Below, piece by piece: positions 9,749 through 20,461 of a stretch of 64,000 bases of DNA. Every line of letters begins with the position of its first letter. Position 1 is the stretch's first letter. A program made the translations under genes and the position numbers. Where the stretch lies: contig CAXXFV010000019.1 of NCBI GenBank assembly GCA_963674595.2, positions 14,189 to 78,188 of the forward strand. The letters run 5' to 3'. Source of the stretch: a bacterium (GTDB lineage Bacteria; Zhuqueibacterota; Zhuqueibacteria; Residuimicrobiales; Krinioviventaceae). Under the pieces are notes generated by a model. That model saw only the letters and a list, made by a program, of their open reading frames with translations. It ran no database searches and was not told the DNA's origin.

Positions 9749-11098
9749 ATGAATAAGAAAAAATTCGTTTTTATTTCCTTCATCATCCTATTCTCTTCAT
9801 TTTGCAATTTAATAGCTGAAACACAGCCTTTAAAAGCCGGGGCCGCTTCCGTTAATATCACACCACCTGTTGGCATTATGCAGGGCGGATGGGCAGCCCG
9901 AGATAAACCCAGTGAATCTATTGCAGACGAATTATACGCCAAAGCTCTTGTAATAAGCGACGGCAAAATAACGGTTGCCATTGTTACAATGGATTTGTTA
10001 AAAACATATCCGGATATTACCGACAGTGTTCGCAATATTATTTTTAGAAATACAGGTATCCCTCGTGAAAACATTTTAATGACCGCCTCACATACACACT
10101 TTCCGCCTGTAGTTAAACTAAACGGAACAGGGCCTTATGAAAGTGCTTATGCCCAGGTACTGATCGGTAAACTGGCCGGTGTTGTTCAAATGGCCTATCA
10201 AAATATGCAGCCTGCCTGGATCGGTGCCGGTATGGGTTCGGCCCCTGATTATACATTTAACAGACGGGTCACCCGTGCGGATGGTTCGGTTTTTAATAGC
10301 TGGCGTTTTCCGCAGGATACCACGGGTCTGAAATTCAGCGCAATTGATGACAAGGTCGGTGTTTTAAAGGTAGTGGACGAGCAGAATCAACTCGTTGCCG
10401 CTTTAGTGAATTATGCCACACACCCGGTTTGCGGAATGCAGGAAATGTATGCGATTTCAGCCGACTATCCCGGTTATCTGGCGAATGTCGTTCAACAAAT
10501 TGAAGGCGGCATCTGCATGTTTGCTTTGGGTACGGCTGGAAATCAGGTCCCGATTGAACGGGAAGGAAACAGCCGGGTTGAAATTGGACGCGGATTAGGC
10601 GGGGAAGCGTTAAAAATCCTGCAGCGTATGCCTGTTTATTCCAACTTTTCCATTGCCGTAAGATCTCATAAATTACACCTCCCAACAAAAAAGAACCTCT
10701 TTGTTCAGGAAAAATTTATTGATCTGGAAATTCAGGTTATTGCACTGGGAGATATTGTTATTGTGGCGCTGCCGGGAGAGATTGTCGTGGAACTGGGTCT
10801 TTTGTTAAAAAAAGAGTGCGGACTGGAAAACATTTTTATCTTTGAATTGTCAAACGGCGGCAATGTCGGTTACATTCTCAGCGAACAAGATTATGCCGAC
10901 GGAGGATACGAAGCATTAAACGGCGCTCTTTTACCGGGTTCAGGCGAAAAAATCATCAATAACGCGCTTGAACAGATCAATGAGTTAAAATCTGTTATAA
11001 ACGCCCCTAAAGACCTCAAGCCGGTGCGAAAATCTTCAGGATTTGGTGATTTTTCACAAAAAGGTTATGACCTGACCAAAGAAAAATTGAAAAAATAA
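9749..11098 (+). CDS. Secreted neutral/alkaline ceramidase-like protein
   Basis: LKAGAASVNITPP, ASHTH, NYATHP, ISADYPG, ALPGE motifs. Confidence 0.75.
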   Translation: MNKKKFVFISFIILFSSFCNLIAETQPLKAGAASVNITPPVGIMQGGWAARDKPSESIADELYAKALVISDGKITVAIVTMDLLKTYPDITDSVRNIIFRNTGIPRENILMTASHTHFPPVVKLNGTGPYESAYAQVLIGKLAGVVQMAYQNMQPAWIGAGMGSAPDYTFNRRVTRADGSVFNSWRFPQDTTGLKFSAIDDKVGVLKVVDEQNQLVAALVNYATHPVCGMQEMYAISADYPGYLANVVQQIEGGICMFALGTAGNQVPIEREGNSRVEIGRGLGGEALKILQRMPVYSNFSIAVRSHKLHLPTKKNLFVQEKFIDLEIQVIALGDIVIVALPGEIVVELGLLLKKECGLENIFIFELSNGGNVGYILSEQDYADGGYEALNGALLPGSGEKIINNALEQINELKSVINAPKDLKPVRKSSGFGDFSQKGYDLTKEKLKK

Positions 11099-11126
11099 TT
11101 CTTATACCAGACTCTCCCCTTTTCAT

Positions 11127-11160
11127 TTCCCTTATTATCTCTTGACAGATAATAAGGGAA
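11127..11160. repeat. Perfect 14-bp inverted repeat (terminator or operator)
   Basis: TTCCCTTATTATCT-cttgac-AGATAATAAGGGAA; the loop overlaps a TTGACA. Confidence 0.6.
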
Positions 11161-11313
11161 TAGCTAATTTATAAGACAGAAAATACTGTTTTTAAATCCA
11201 TCATCTTACTAATAAATTTATCGGCCTTGACAGGATTATTCCTTGAAAATAATAATTGTAGCAAGTATATTATCTGCGAATATTATTTTATAATAATAAA
11301 CAAGGAGTTTGAT

Positions 11314-11727
11314 ATGAAAAGAATTTTTCTAATGTTCCTGCCGTTGTTTATACTGGCCGGATGTGCATCAAACGTCCGGTTTACCAAAACAAACGAAGCG
11401 TATGTACCGCAAAAAAAACAAGCTGATTCAAAAATAGTTATCAAACAGGATAAAATTCAGAGACCGCACACCGTCATCGGAATTATTACAGCAGAGCTTG
11501 GCAAAAATTCCAGACGTCCGGAATTAAACGCGCTCATTGTTAAAAAGGCACGTGAAATCGGCGCCGATGGTGTTATGCTGGTTGAATATGATATTGATCG
11601 CGATGTTTACATAGAACACCATCACGGTGTTGTGGGGCATGGCCCCTGGCGCAGACATGTTGTCAGTTCCCATCCCCGTGCGGTTGTAAAAAAGACCGCC
11701 AGTGCCATCGCCGTTGTGTTTAAATAA
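11314..11727 (+). CDS. Lipoprotein with YbjQ-like fold and His-rich insert
   Basis: AGGAG SD, lipobox LAGC, KAREIGADGV motif, EHHHGVVGHGPWRRH insert. Confidence 0.65.
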   Translation: MKRIFLMFLPLFILAGCASNVRFTKTNEAYVPQKKQADSKIVIKQDKIQRPHTVIGIITAELGKNSRRPELNALIVKKAREIGADGVMLVEYDIDRDVYIEHHHGVVGHGPWRRHVVSSHPRAVVKKTASAIAVVFK

Positions 11728-11744
11728 AATTTCAGAGGAGAAAA

Positions 11745-12956
11745 ATGCAAGCAGTACTCATGGTCGCAGGAAAGAGCACACGAACATACCCGTTAACATT
11801 AACACGCCCAAAACCGCTTTTACCTGTAGCAAATAAATTACTTATCGAACACAGTCTTGACCAAATGACCGGTATTTTTGATAAAGTTGTTCTTATCACC
11901 GGCTATAAAAAAGAGATGATCGAAGAAGCACTGGGCAAGGAATACAAAGGCATTCAACTTGTTTATCAGGAACAGAAAGAACAGTTGGGTACAGGTCATG
12001 CGGTCCTTCAGGCAAAAGAACATATTAAAGGCAAATTTGTCGCTATGAACGGAGACGATCTGTTTGCCCGTGAAGATTTGGAACAGCTTGTAAAGTATGA
12101 TTATGCCGCCCTTGTTTTGTGTGTTAAAGATCCGTCACTTTATGGTGTTTATGAGGTTGATGATAAAAACCGGGTCCTGAATTTGGTTGAAAAACCAAAA
12201 GAGTATCTGGGTGACCTGGCTAATATCGGCTGCTATGTATTGCAGGAGGACTTTTTCTCAGAACTGGAAAAAACCCCGAAAAGCATCCGAGGTGAAATTG
12301 AAATTACCAGCGCTATTGCTGCAAAAGCCGAACAAACCGATTTTTTTGTTCATCCCATTACCGGATTTTGGCTGCCCACCGGTTTTGCCTGGGACCTTAT
12401 AAAACATCAGGAATTTTTAATGCAGGACATGACCGAATCCGATATTCAGGGAGAGGTTGAAAATGGCGTTATCATAAAAGGTGCGGTAAAAATCGGTAAA
12501 AATACGGTACTGAAATCCGGTGCTTACATCGAGGGCCCGGTTGTTATTGGTGAAAACTGTACTATCGGCCCCAACTGTTTCATACGAAATTTCACCTCCA
12601 TTGGTGACAATTGCCGTATTGGCCAGGCTGTGGAAATTAAAAATTCCGTGATTATGCAAAACACCAACATCTGTCACATGGCCTATATCGGAGACAGTGT
12701 TGTCGGCCAGGATTGTAATATAGGCGCCGGTACCATAACGGCGAATTTCCGTCATGATGGAGAATTAGTAAAATCAAAAATCAAAAACAACCTTGTATCT
12801 ACACAGCGAAACAAAATGGGTGCTATCTTTTCAGACGGTGTTCATACCGGCATCCATACCTCTGTTTATCCGGGACGAAAAATATGGCCGAACATGCACA
12901 CCCTGCCGGGCCAGGTTGTGGATAAGGATATTATGCCGAACTCTTTTGTCTGGTGA
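11745..12956 (+). CDS. Bifunctional sugar-1-phosphate nucleotidylyltransferase/acetyltransferase (archaeal GlmU-like)
   Basis: AGKSTRTYPLTLTRPKPLLPVAN, GTGHA, EKP, C-terminal hexapeptide repeats, NIGAGTITAN. Confidence 0.85.
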   Translation: MQAVLMVAGKSTRTYPLTLTRPKPLLPVANKLLIEHSLDQMTGIFDKVVLITGYKKEMIEEALGKEYKGIQLVYQEQKEQLGTGHAVLQAKEHIKGKFVAMNGDDLFAREDLEQLVKYDYAALVLCVKDPSLYGVYEVDDKNRVLNLVEKPKEYLGDLANIGCYVLQEDFFSELEKTPKSIRGEIEITSAIAAKAEQTDFFVHPITGFWLPTGFAWDLIKHQEFLMQDMTESDIQGEVENGVIIKGAVKIGKNTVLKSGAYIEGPVVIGENCTIGPNCFIRNFTSIGDNCRIGQAVEIKNSVIMQNTNICHMAYIGDSVVGQDCNIGAGTITANFRHDGELVKSKIKNNLVSTQRNKMGAIFSDGVHTGIHTSVYPGRKIWPNMHTLPGQVVDKDIMPNSFVW

Positions 12957-13063
12957 TTCGGTCTGATTCATAAAATGATAGGGCTAATATCACAGGTTTG
13001 ATATTAGCCTTTTTGTTTTCATTATACATCTGGTCTGATTTTTTTGAAATGAAAGGTTCAGCA

Positions 13064-15844
13064 ATGAAACGATTGTTACTCGTCATCGTTACTTTATTAT
13101 TCTCCGGCCTGGTAATTTTTTCCTGTGCGCTGCAGGACGAAACCGGATGGCCTGAGATAAAAAAAGAGAATAAACCGTGGAGTTACTGGTGGTGGATGGG
13201 AAGCGCTGTTGACAAGGAAAATTTGACCCATCTTTTAACAGAATACCACAAAGCAGGACTTGGCGGGGTGCATATTATACCCATTTACGGTGTTAAGGGT
13301 TATGAAAACAGTTTCATTGATTATTTGTCCCCCAAATGGATGGATATGCTGGCGCACACGACTCTGGAAGCTGACCGGTTAGGCATGGGTGTTGACATGA
13401 CCCCAGGCACGGGTTGGCCCTATGGTGGTCCCCATATTACACCCGATTACGCTGCCCGACACGTCATTTTTAAACATTATGAAATACTTGATGGTGAGCA
13501 ATTAACAGAACCAATTGTCTGTAATGATGAAAAATATGGTGAAAAAGCGCCGCTGATAACAGTTATGGCTTTTGATGATAAAGGACAAATCAAAGATGTT
13601 TCTGAATACGTAAATTCAAACGGTGTGTTAAACTGGACGACAGACGGCAAATGGGATATTTATGCCGTTTTTGCCGGCTGGACCAATCAAAATGTAAAAC
13701 GGGCCGCACCCGGTGCAAAAGGAAAGGTAATGAACTATTTTTCCAAAGAGGCCCTGTCGTTTTATTTATCAGCATTTGATTCTGCCTTTGCAAATTACAA
13801 GGGAGGAAAAATACGTGCGTTTTATAACGATTCCTATGAGGTTTACAATGCTGACTGGAGCGTTGATTTTTTCAAAAGTTTTGAAAAACTGCGAGGATAT
13901 GATCTTAAATTACATTTACCGGCGCTGCTGGGACATGGTGATATAGACAAGGTAAAACGGTTAAAAAGCGATTACAGGGAAACGATTTCTGATTTATTAC
14001 TGAAAGAATTTTCCGAACCCTGGGTGCAATGGTGTCATAACAAAAAAGCATTGACCCGAAACCAGGCCCACGGTTCACCGGGTAATTTGCTGGACTTGTA
14101 TGCAGCGGCCGATATTCCTGAAACGGAAATATTCGGCCCCAGCAGGTTTAATATTCCCGGACTGCGTGTTGATGATGATTTCCCCAAAGATCAAAACGTC
14201 CCGGATCCTTTGATGCTCAAATTTGCCTCATCCGCCGCCCATGTCACCGGGAAAAACCTGGTTTCTTCGGAAACCTGCACCTGGCTCGGTGAACATTTCA
14301 AAGTTGCCTTGTCACAGGCCAAACCTGAAATCGACCAGTTATGGATTTCCGGTATTAATCATATCTTTTTTCACGGCATCGCCTATTCCCCGCAGCAGGT
14401 ACAATGGCCGGGTTGGTTGTTTTATGCATCCACCAATTTCGGACCATCAAACAGCTTTTGGAACGATATTGGCTATTTTAACGATTATATCACACGGTCA
14501 CAATCCTTTTTGCAGTCCGGCAAACCGGACAATGACATTTTACTCTATTTCCCTGTCCATGATATCTGGCATGACAGCGAAGGCCTGCTCTACCAAATGA
14601 CGGTCCACAAGATTTCAAAATGGTTGTGGAACAGACCTTTTTACAATATGGCCAAAGAGCTGTGGAATAACGGATATTGTTTTGATTATATATCTGACAG
14701 GCAGATTAAAAACCTGTCCGTTTACAATGGCAACCTGTTGTCGGCTGGTTTACAGTATAAAACAATCCTTGTCCCGGAATGTGAATACATGCCGCTCGAA
14801 ACACTGGACAAACTGGAAAAGCTGGCTGAAAAAGGGGCTCGTATTGTTTTCCAGAAAAACCTGCCGTTAGATGTTCCCGGTTTTGCTGATCTTGCAAACA
14901 AAAGGGTAACGTTCAACAGCCTAAAAAAACAATTGCAAAATGTTGGAGAGAATGTCGTTATTCAGGATTCCGTACGAGAAGTATTATCCACTGTAAGCAA
15001 AGAATCTTTTAAAGACCTTGGTCTTGATTTTATCCGGCGATCACACAAAAACGGACATGTCTATTTTATCACTAATCTCACACCCAATGCCGTTAATTCC
15101 TGGTGTCCATTGGGCGTTCAGGCAAAATCGGCCATTATGTTCGACAGCCGTTTAATGCAGAAAGGAAAAGCAGCGTTTAAGAAAAATGATAAGGCACAAT
15201 GTTCGGTTTATTTGCAGTTGCAGCCCGGTGAATCCTGTATATTAAAGACCTTTCAGGATGACATTCAGGAACCGGACTGGATGTATACACAGCCATCCGA
15301 GTCAGCCGTTACTCTGACAGGTGAATGGAGCATCGAATTTATTCAGGGCGGTCCGCAGCTTCCAAAAGCGGACACATTGGGCCGGCTTGTCTGCTGGACA
15401 AAATTAGCCGACAGCACCGCTCATTCCTATGCCGGTTCAGCAAAATATACACTTTATTTTGATAAACCGGCTATGCAGCCGGAAGCCTGGGCCATTGATC
15501 TGGGACAGGTGTTTGAAAGCGCTCGAATTACTTTAAACGATGAATTTGCAGGCGCTTTGTGGAGTTTTCCCTATAACATGACTTTAAATACACCTCTTAA
15601 AGAGAGTACGAATAAGCTGGAAATTACAGTTACAAACTTATCGGCAAACCGAATTGCCGACCTGGACCGTCAGGGTGTAAACTGGAAAAAGTTTTATGAT
15701 ATTAATTATGTCAATATTAAATACAAACCCTTTGATGCCTCACAATGGGAGCCATTTCCCTCCGGTTTAATCGGACCGGTAAAACTGGTCCCTTTGAAAA
15801 AATTACAGTTTAATGATCAAATACCGATTCAACACGCGGACTAG
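13064..15844 (+). CDS. GH106 alpha-L-rhamnosidase, probable lipoprotein
   Basis: KPWSYWWWMGSAVD, GTGWPYGGP, FYNDSYE, RNQAHG, IPETE, GINHIFFHG, PSGLIGPV; directly upstream of rhaA. Confidence 0.88.
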   Translation: MKRLLLVIVTLLFSGLVIFSCALQDETGWPEIKKENKPWSYWWWMGSAVDKENLTHLLTEYHKAGLGGVHIIPIYGVKGYENSFIDYLSPKWMDMLAHTTLEADRLGMGVDMTPGTGWPYGGPHITPDYAARHVIFKHYEILDGEQLTEPIVCNDEKYGEKAPLITVMAFDDKGQIKDVSEYVNSNGVLNWTTDGKWDIYAVFAGWTNQNVKRAAPGAKGKVMNYFSKEALSFYLSAFDSAFANYKGGKIRAFYNDSYEVYNADWSVDFFKSFEKLRGYDLKLHLPALLGHGDIDKVKRLKSDYRETISDLLLKEFSEPWVQWCHNKKALTRNQAHGSPGNLLDLYAAADIPETEIFGPSRFNIPGLRVDDDFPKDQNVPDPLMLKFASSAAHVTGKNLVSSETCTWLGEHFKVALSQAKPEIDQLWISGINHIFFHGIAYSPQQVQWPGWLFYASTNFGPSNSFWNDIGYFNDYITRSQSFLQSGKPDNDILLYFPVHDIWHDSEGLLYQMTVHKISKWLWNRPFYNMAKELWNNGYCFDYISDRQIKNLSVYNGNLLSAGLQYKTILVPECEYMPLETLDKLEKLAEKGARIVFQKNLPLDVPGFADLANKRVTFNSLKKQLQNVGENVVIQDSVREVLSTVSKESFKDLGLDFIRRSHKNGHVYFITNLTPNAVNSWCPLGVQAKSAIMFDSRLMQKGKAAFKKNDKAQCSVYLQLQPGESCILKTFQDDIQEPDWMYTQPSESAVTLTGEWSIEFIQGGPQLPKADTLGRLVCWTKLADSTAHSYAGSAKYTLYFDKPAMQPEAWAIDLGQVFESARITLNDEFAGALWSFPYNMTLNTPLKESTNKLEITVTNLSANRIADLDRQGVNWKKFYDINYVNIKYKPFDASQWEPFPSGLIGPVKLVPLKKLQFNDQIPIQHAD

Positions 15845-15942
15845 AATTTTCAGACTGGCATTATTCAAAAAAAGCTTTTATATTAAACGATTGAAAATGA
15901 ATATTAGATATATTTTAAATACTTACAGGAGAGATATAACCC

Positions 15943-17208
15943 ATGAATCCCAATATTGAAAAATCCTACGCATTGGCAAAAGAACAATATGCTCAACTGG
16001 GCGTCGATACAGACGTTGCATTAAAAGAACTGGAAAAATACTCCATATCCATTCACTGCTGGCAGGGCGACGACGTCGGCGGATTTGAAACCCCGGATGC
16101 AGAACTTTCAGGCGGCGGTATTCAGGTAACAGGAAATTATCCGGGTAAAGCCCGCAACATCCCCGAGCTCCAGGCTGACCTTGAAAAAGTATACTCACTG
16201 GTTCCCGGCAATCACCGGTTGAATTTACACGCCATTTACGGTGATTTTAAAGGTAAAAAGATCGACCGTGATGAAATAGGCACAGAACATTTTGACGGCT
16301 GGATAGAATGGGCAAAAACCAATGACCTGTTTCTCGATTTTAACGCGACCTGTTTTTCACATCCAAAAGCAGACAGTGGTCTTACACTGTCCAGTAAAGA
16401 CGCCTCTGTTCGTAACTTTTGGATCAAACACATTAAACTATGCCGTGAAATAAGCGCTTATATGGGTGAAAAACTCGGCAGTCCGGCTGTGCACAATTTA
16501 TGGATACCGGATGGATTTAAAGACATTCCTGTTGATCGGTTAATATACCGTAAAATTTTATCCGATGCTCTGGATGAAATTTTTGCCGTTGAATATGATA
16601 AAAACCTGATGAAAGATTCCATTGAAAGCAAACTGTTTGGTATCGGCAGTGAAGCTTATGTTGTCGGTTCACATGAATTTTATATGGGTTACGGTATTTC
16701 ACGAAACAAAATGGTCTGTCTGGATATGGGTCATTTTCATCCGACAGAAACCATTGCCGATAAAATATCTGCCGTAATGCTTTTCTCCGATGAACTGATG
16801 TTCCACATCAGCCGAGGCGTTCGCTGGGACAGTGATCATGTTGTTATTCTTAATGATGATCTGAAAGCCGTTACAGAAGAAATAATCCGGTTAAACGTAC
16901 CCGAACGTGTCAACATTGGTCTGGACTTTTTTGATGCCAGCATCAACCGTATCGGTGCCTGGGTCACGGGTACACGGTCCACACTGAAAGCTATGTTGAA
17001 CGCTTTACTGGAACCGCAAAAGACACTTGTTGAACTGGAAGATAAAGGAGATTATTTTGGTCGTTTGGCCCTGCTGAATGAATTTAATAATTTACCATCT
17101 GGCGCAGTTTGGGACTATTATTGCGCGCAAAAAGGTGTACCCACCGGAACCGCATGGATTGATGAAATACAAACCTATGAAAAACAAGTTTTGTCAAAAA
17201 GAAACTAA
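15943..17208 (+). CDS. rhaA: L-rhamnose isomerase
   Basis: HCWQGDDVGGFE, GNYPGKAR, NLWIPDG, ESKLFGIG, LDMGHFHPTE, RWDSDHV. Confidence 0.96.
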   Translation: MNPNIEKSYALAKEQYAQLGVDTDVALKELEKYSISIHCWQGDDVGGFETPDAELSGGGIQVTGNYPGKARNIPELQADLEKVYSLVPGNHRLNLHAIYGDFKGKKIDRDEIGTEHFDGWIEWAKTNDLFLDFNATCFSHPKADSGLTLSSKDASVRNFWIKHIKLCREISAYMGEKLGSPAVHNLWIPDGFKDIPVDRLIYRKILSDALDEIFAVEYDKNLMKDSIESKLFGIGSEAYVVGSHEFYMGYGISRNKMVCLDMGHFHPTETIADKISAVMLFSDELMFHISRGVRWDSDHVVILNDDLKAVTEEIIRLNVPERVNIGLDFFDASINRIGAWVTGTRSTLKAMLNALLEPQKTLVELEDKGDYFGRLALLNEFNNLPSGAVWDYYCAQKGVPTGTAWIDEIQTYEKQVLSKRN

Positions 17209-17217
17209 CCTGAATTG

Positions 17218-17245
17218 AGGGGAACGATGATCGTTCCCCTTTTTT
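17218..17245 (+). terminator. Rho-independent terminator between convergent rhaA and rapA
   Basis: AGGGGAACGA-tga-TCGTTCCCCT followed by T-run. Confidence 0.8.
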
Positions 17246-17248
17246 ATT

Positions 17249-20050
17249 TCACGAATTGATTTTGGGGCCCCGATAAATCAAACGAATAGCATCCAGCCTG
17301 AGACGCGCCGTTTGCATTGCCTGTTGCAGTTGTTCCTTTTCAAAAATGTGGGCGTCAATTTCTTTTTGATCAATATGATCATTGACCTTTTTCAATGTTT
17401 GTAACCGGTCAATTTCCTGATCTAAAACAGCCGCCATTTCCGATTCGTTGTTAGCAAGAATTTCTTTCATTTGAGTTTCAGCCGCCTTTTCACAGGAACG
17501 CACCATCTTTGGCAGCAGCTCTTTTATTTCCGGTTTTTCCAAAAGAGGCAATTCAGATAAACTGAATATTTTTGCCGTGGAGATTTCCTCATTATAGGGC
17601 GCCGATTTATTTTTGAGATTATGATTTACAAAAATACTTATTGGCGTAGGCGGAAAAAAACGATCAATATTTAACTTTTTGGGTGCCACACACTCAACAA
17701 CAAAAAGGACCTGAGCCAACAATTCTTTCCGGCCGGAATCCAGCCATTGGGCCATGGAACAATTGCCCTTTTCAGATCCGATAATCAAATCAATAACCCC
17801 CATTACCATCGGGTGGTCCCAGGTTAAAAATTCAATATCTTCGTAACTTAAAGCGGTAGGCCGGTCAAATGTCACACGCAAGTCTTCCTGCCGTGCATCG
17901 GGCAGCGGAAACTGTGGATCAGAGAGCAGCACCAGATTAAGCTGATAGGTACGGTCCCAAATCTCTTCCGGACGAATACCATACAGTTCAAAAACATGCA
18001 ACATAAAATATTCCAGCGATGAATTTTCATCACCTGTGTGAATATGGTCAATAAGCTGTTGGGCCGCTTTTGGCTGAAAAGAACCAAGCTCTAAAAGACG
18101 GTCGCGTCCGGATTCAACTTTATGGGAAATATCTGTGCGTACATCAATAGTTTTTTTAATAAAAGCTGCCAATTGAGAAAGCTGTTTGTTTTCAGCAATT
18201 TCAGTAATTTGTGTTCCAAGCTGTTGATAAATTTCATAAATACCGGGAACGTTTTTTTCAAAGGCATCCAATCCTTCATGATACCAGCGCGCCATAACTT
18301 CATATTCGCTGTTTTTAATATAGGGCACATGTATATGGATGGTACTTTTCTGACCGATTCGGTCAAGCCTTCCAATTCGCTGTTCCAGCAATTCAGGATC
18401 AGGCGGCAGGTCAAACAATACCAGATGGTGTGCAAACTGAAAATTACGTCCTTCGCTGCCTATTTCCGAACAAATCAGCAACTGCGCCCCGTCTTTTTGG
18501 GCAAACCAGCCGGCATTGCGGTCACGCTGAACCAGGGTCATTTCTTCATGAAACAATGCCAGATTGATATTGACTTTTTTTCGTAACGCCTGGGAAAGCG
18601 CAAACACTTTGTGAATGGAACGACAAATCAATAATACTTTATCTTTTTTCTGCTGCAGTAATTTTACCAGCCAGGGTAAACGGGGATCCTCGTCATACTG
18701 ATATTGAATATCGATATTGTTCTTCATATCAGCTTGAAACTCTTGTGATAATAAGGACATGTCCTTTGTGCCATTATCCAGCGCTGACAGGTGAGCAACC
18801 CGTTTGGGAAACCCGGAAATGGCCGAACGGGTGTTACGATAAATCGCCCGTCCCATACCGTGTCTGTCCAACAGGGCTTCAATTGCCTGTAAACGCGTTT
18901 TATCACTGGAAAATGTTTCCGAATCTGAAAACTTTTCCGGTAGTAATTTACGGATGTTTTTTTGCTCGTTAATAGAAACAGGATTCGACAACTCCGCCAG
19001 TCTGGATACCAGGTCCGCAACTTTTAAATATTTCAATTCTTCTTTTTCGAAAACGTCAAAATCATAATAACGTGCCTTGTCCAGCAACTTTAAACGGGAA
19101 AAATGGCTGTGATGGCCCAATTGTTCCGGGGTTGCCGTCAGCAGCAACAGTCCTTCGCTTGCCTGACCAAGCTGCTGTACCATTTTATACTCGGGACTGC
19201 CGTCGGTGAGATGGTGCGCCTCATCGATAACAACCATGTCCCAGCCTGCCTCGGCTGCCATTTCCTGCCATAAATCCGATTCGGATAAAAATTCCACCGA
19301 ACTCAGCAAAAGCTGATCGTCCAAAAACGGATTGCCGTCGGGATTGGTAAATAACAGCGAATCACAATATCGTTCATCAACAATACGGAAGGAAAGATTA
19401 AACCGGCGTAACAGTTCAACAAACCATTGGTGCACAAGGGAAGAAGGCACCAGAACAAGCACACGGCTTATCCGGCCGCTTAAAAGCAAACGGTGCAAAA
19501 TCAAACAGGCTTCAATGGTTTTACCCAGTCCCACTTCATCGGACAACAGGACGCGCGGTATATAGCTGGAAGAAACCTGGTGGGCAACATATAACTGATG
19601 AGGGATTAAATCAATACGGCCGCCTACAAATCCACGCACGGGTGATTTGCGAATATTGTAAAGCAGTTCCAGTGCCTGGTCGCGGCAGCGAAATTCGGCA
19701 TTGCGGTCAAAAAATCCGCTGGTCAAACGCTCCAGCGGTGTTGTAAAACTGATGCTGTCGCACAGGTCTTTTTCAGAAATTGTGACGTTATCCCCGATAT
19801 ATGTTATAATACCATTCTCTTCATCAAGCCTGGTTACCGTAAAACTGCGGTCATCACGGGTTTTAACCGTATCACCGACCTGAAAAACAACGCGTTTAAT
19901 GGGGGCTGTGGAGACAGCATATTGACGCTCACACTCGCTGGCAGGGAAAAAAATTCGGACCATACGCTGGCCTATATCAATAATGGTGCCCAGCCCCAGC
20001 TCCGGTTCCATGGTACTGATCCAGCGTTGCCCTAATTCAAAACGATTCAT
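17249..20050 (-). CDS. rapA: RNA polymerase-associated SNF2 ATPase RapA
   Basis: GQRWIS..EPELGLG N-terminus, DEVGLGKT, DEAH, LTATPEQLG, GSEGRNFQ, EQRIGRLDRIGQ, FLTWDHP. Confidence 0.93.
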   Translation of the reverse strand: MNRFELGQRWISTMEPELGLGTIIDIGQRMVRIFFPASECERQYAVSTAPIKRVVFQVGDTVKTRDDRSFTVTRLDEENGIITYIGDNVTISEKDLCDSISFTTPLERLTSGFFDRNAEFRCRDQALELLYNIRKSPVRGFVGGRIDLIPHQLYVAHQVSSSYIPRVLLSDEVGLGKTIEACLILHRLLLSGRISRVLVLVPSSLVHQWFVELLRRFNLSFRIVDERYCDSLLFTNPDGNPFLDDQLLLSSVEFLSESDLWQEMAAEAGWDMVVIDEAHHLTDGSPEYKMVQQLGQASEGLLLLTATPEQLGHHSHFSRLKLLDKARYYDFDVFEKEELKYLKVADLVSRLAELSNPVSINEQKNIRKLLPEKFSDSETFSSDKTRLQAIEALLDRHGMGRAIYRNTRSAISGFPKRVAHLSALDNGTKDMSLLSQEFQADMKNNIDIQYQYDEDPRLPWLVKLLQQKKDKVLLICRSIHKVFALSQALRKKVNINLALFHEEMTLVQRDRNAGWFAQKDGAQLLICSEIGSEGRNFQFAHHLVLFDLPPDPELLEQRIGRLDRIGQKSTIHIHVPYIKNSEYEVMARWYHEGLDAFEKNVPGIYEIYQQLGTQITEIAENKQLSQLAAFIKKTIDVRTDISHKVESGRDRLLELGSFQPKAAQQLIDHIHTGDENSSLEYFMLHVFELYGIRPEEIWDRTYQLNLVLLSDPQFPLPDARQEDLRVTFDRPTALSYEDIEFLTWDHPMVMGVIDLIIGSEKGNCSMAQWLDSGRKELLAQVLFVVECVAPKKLNIDRFFPPTPISIFVNHNLKNKSAPYNEEISTAKIFSLSELPLLEKPEIKELLPKMVRSCEKAAETQMKEILANNESEMAAVLDQEIDRLQTLKKVNDHIDQKEIDAHIFEKEQLQQAMQTARLRLDAIRLIYRGPKINS

Positions 20051-20461
20051 ATCACCTCTATGTTAATATCTGTTCAACAGATAATATAACACTATTAAAT
20101 ATAAAATGCACGATTTGTTCAAACGTCCCGCATACCCTGCAACAAAAACAACGGTGATTTTTATTCAAAAAAATACGATATATCTAAAAAATTATAAATT
20201 GCAGCAGGGGTAAAATCTAATTTATTACAAAAATTCCTTGTGCTGTGAAGGTATATTTTGTATTATAAATTATTAATTAACGCTCTGTTTACAGACCGGT
20301 TGGATATTCCTAAACATTTCCCATTTGTTCAATTGAATGAATTCATTATCATGCCCATCATTTATATGGAATTAGTATTGATTAACCGGTTGTTGGGCGA
20401 AATGTTGAAATATAAAACAATTTTATAACTCCAATCTTTCAAAACAGAAAGAAACCCTCCC

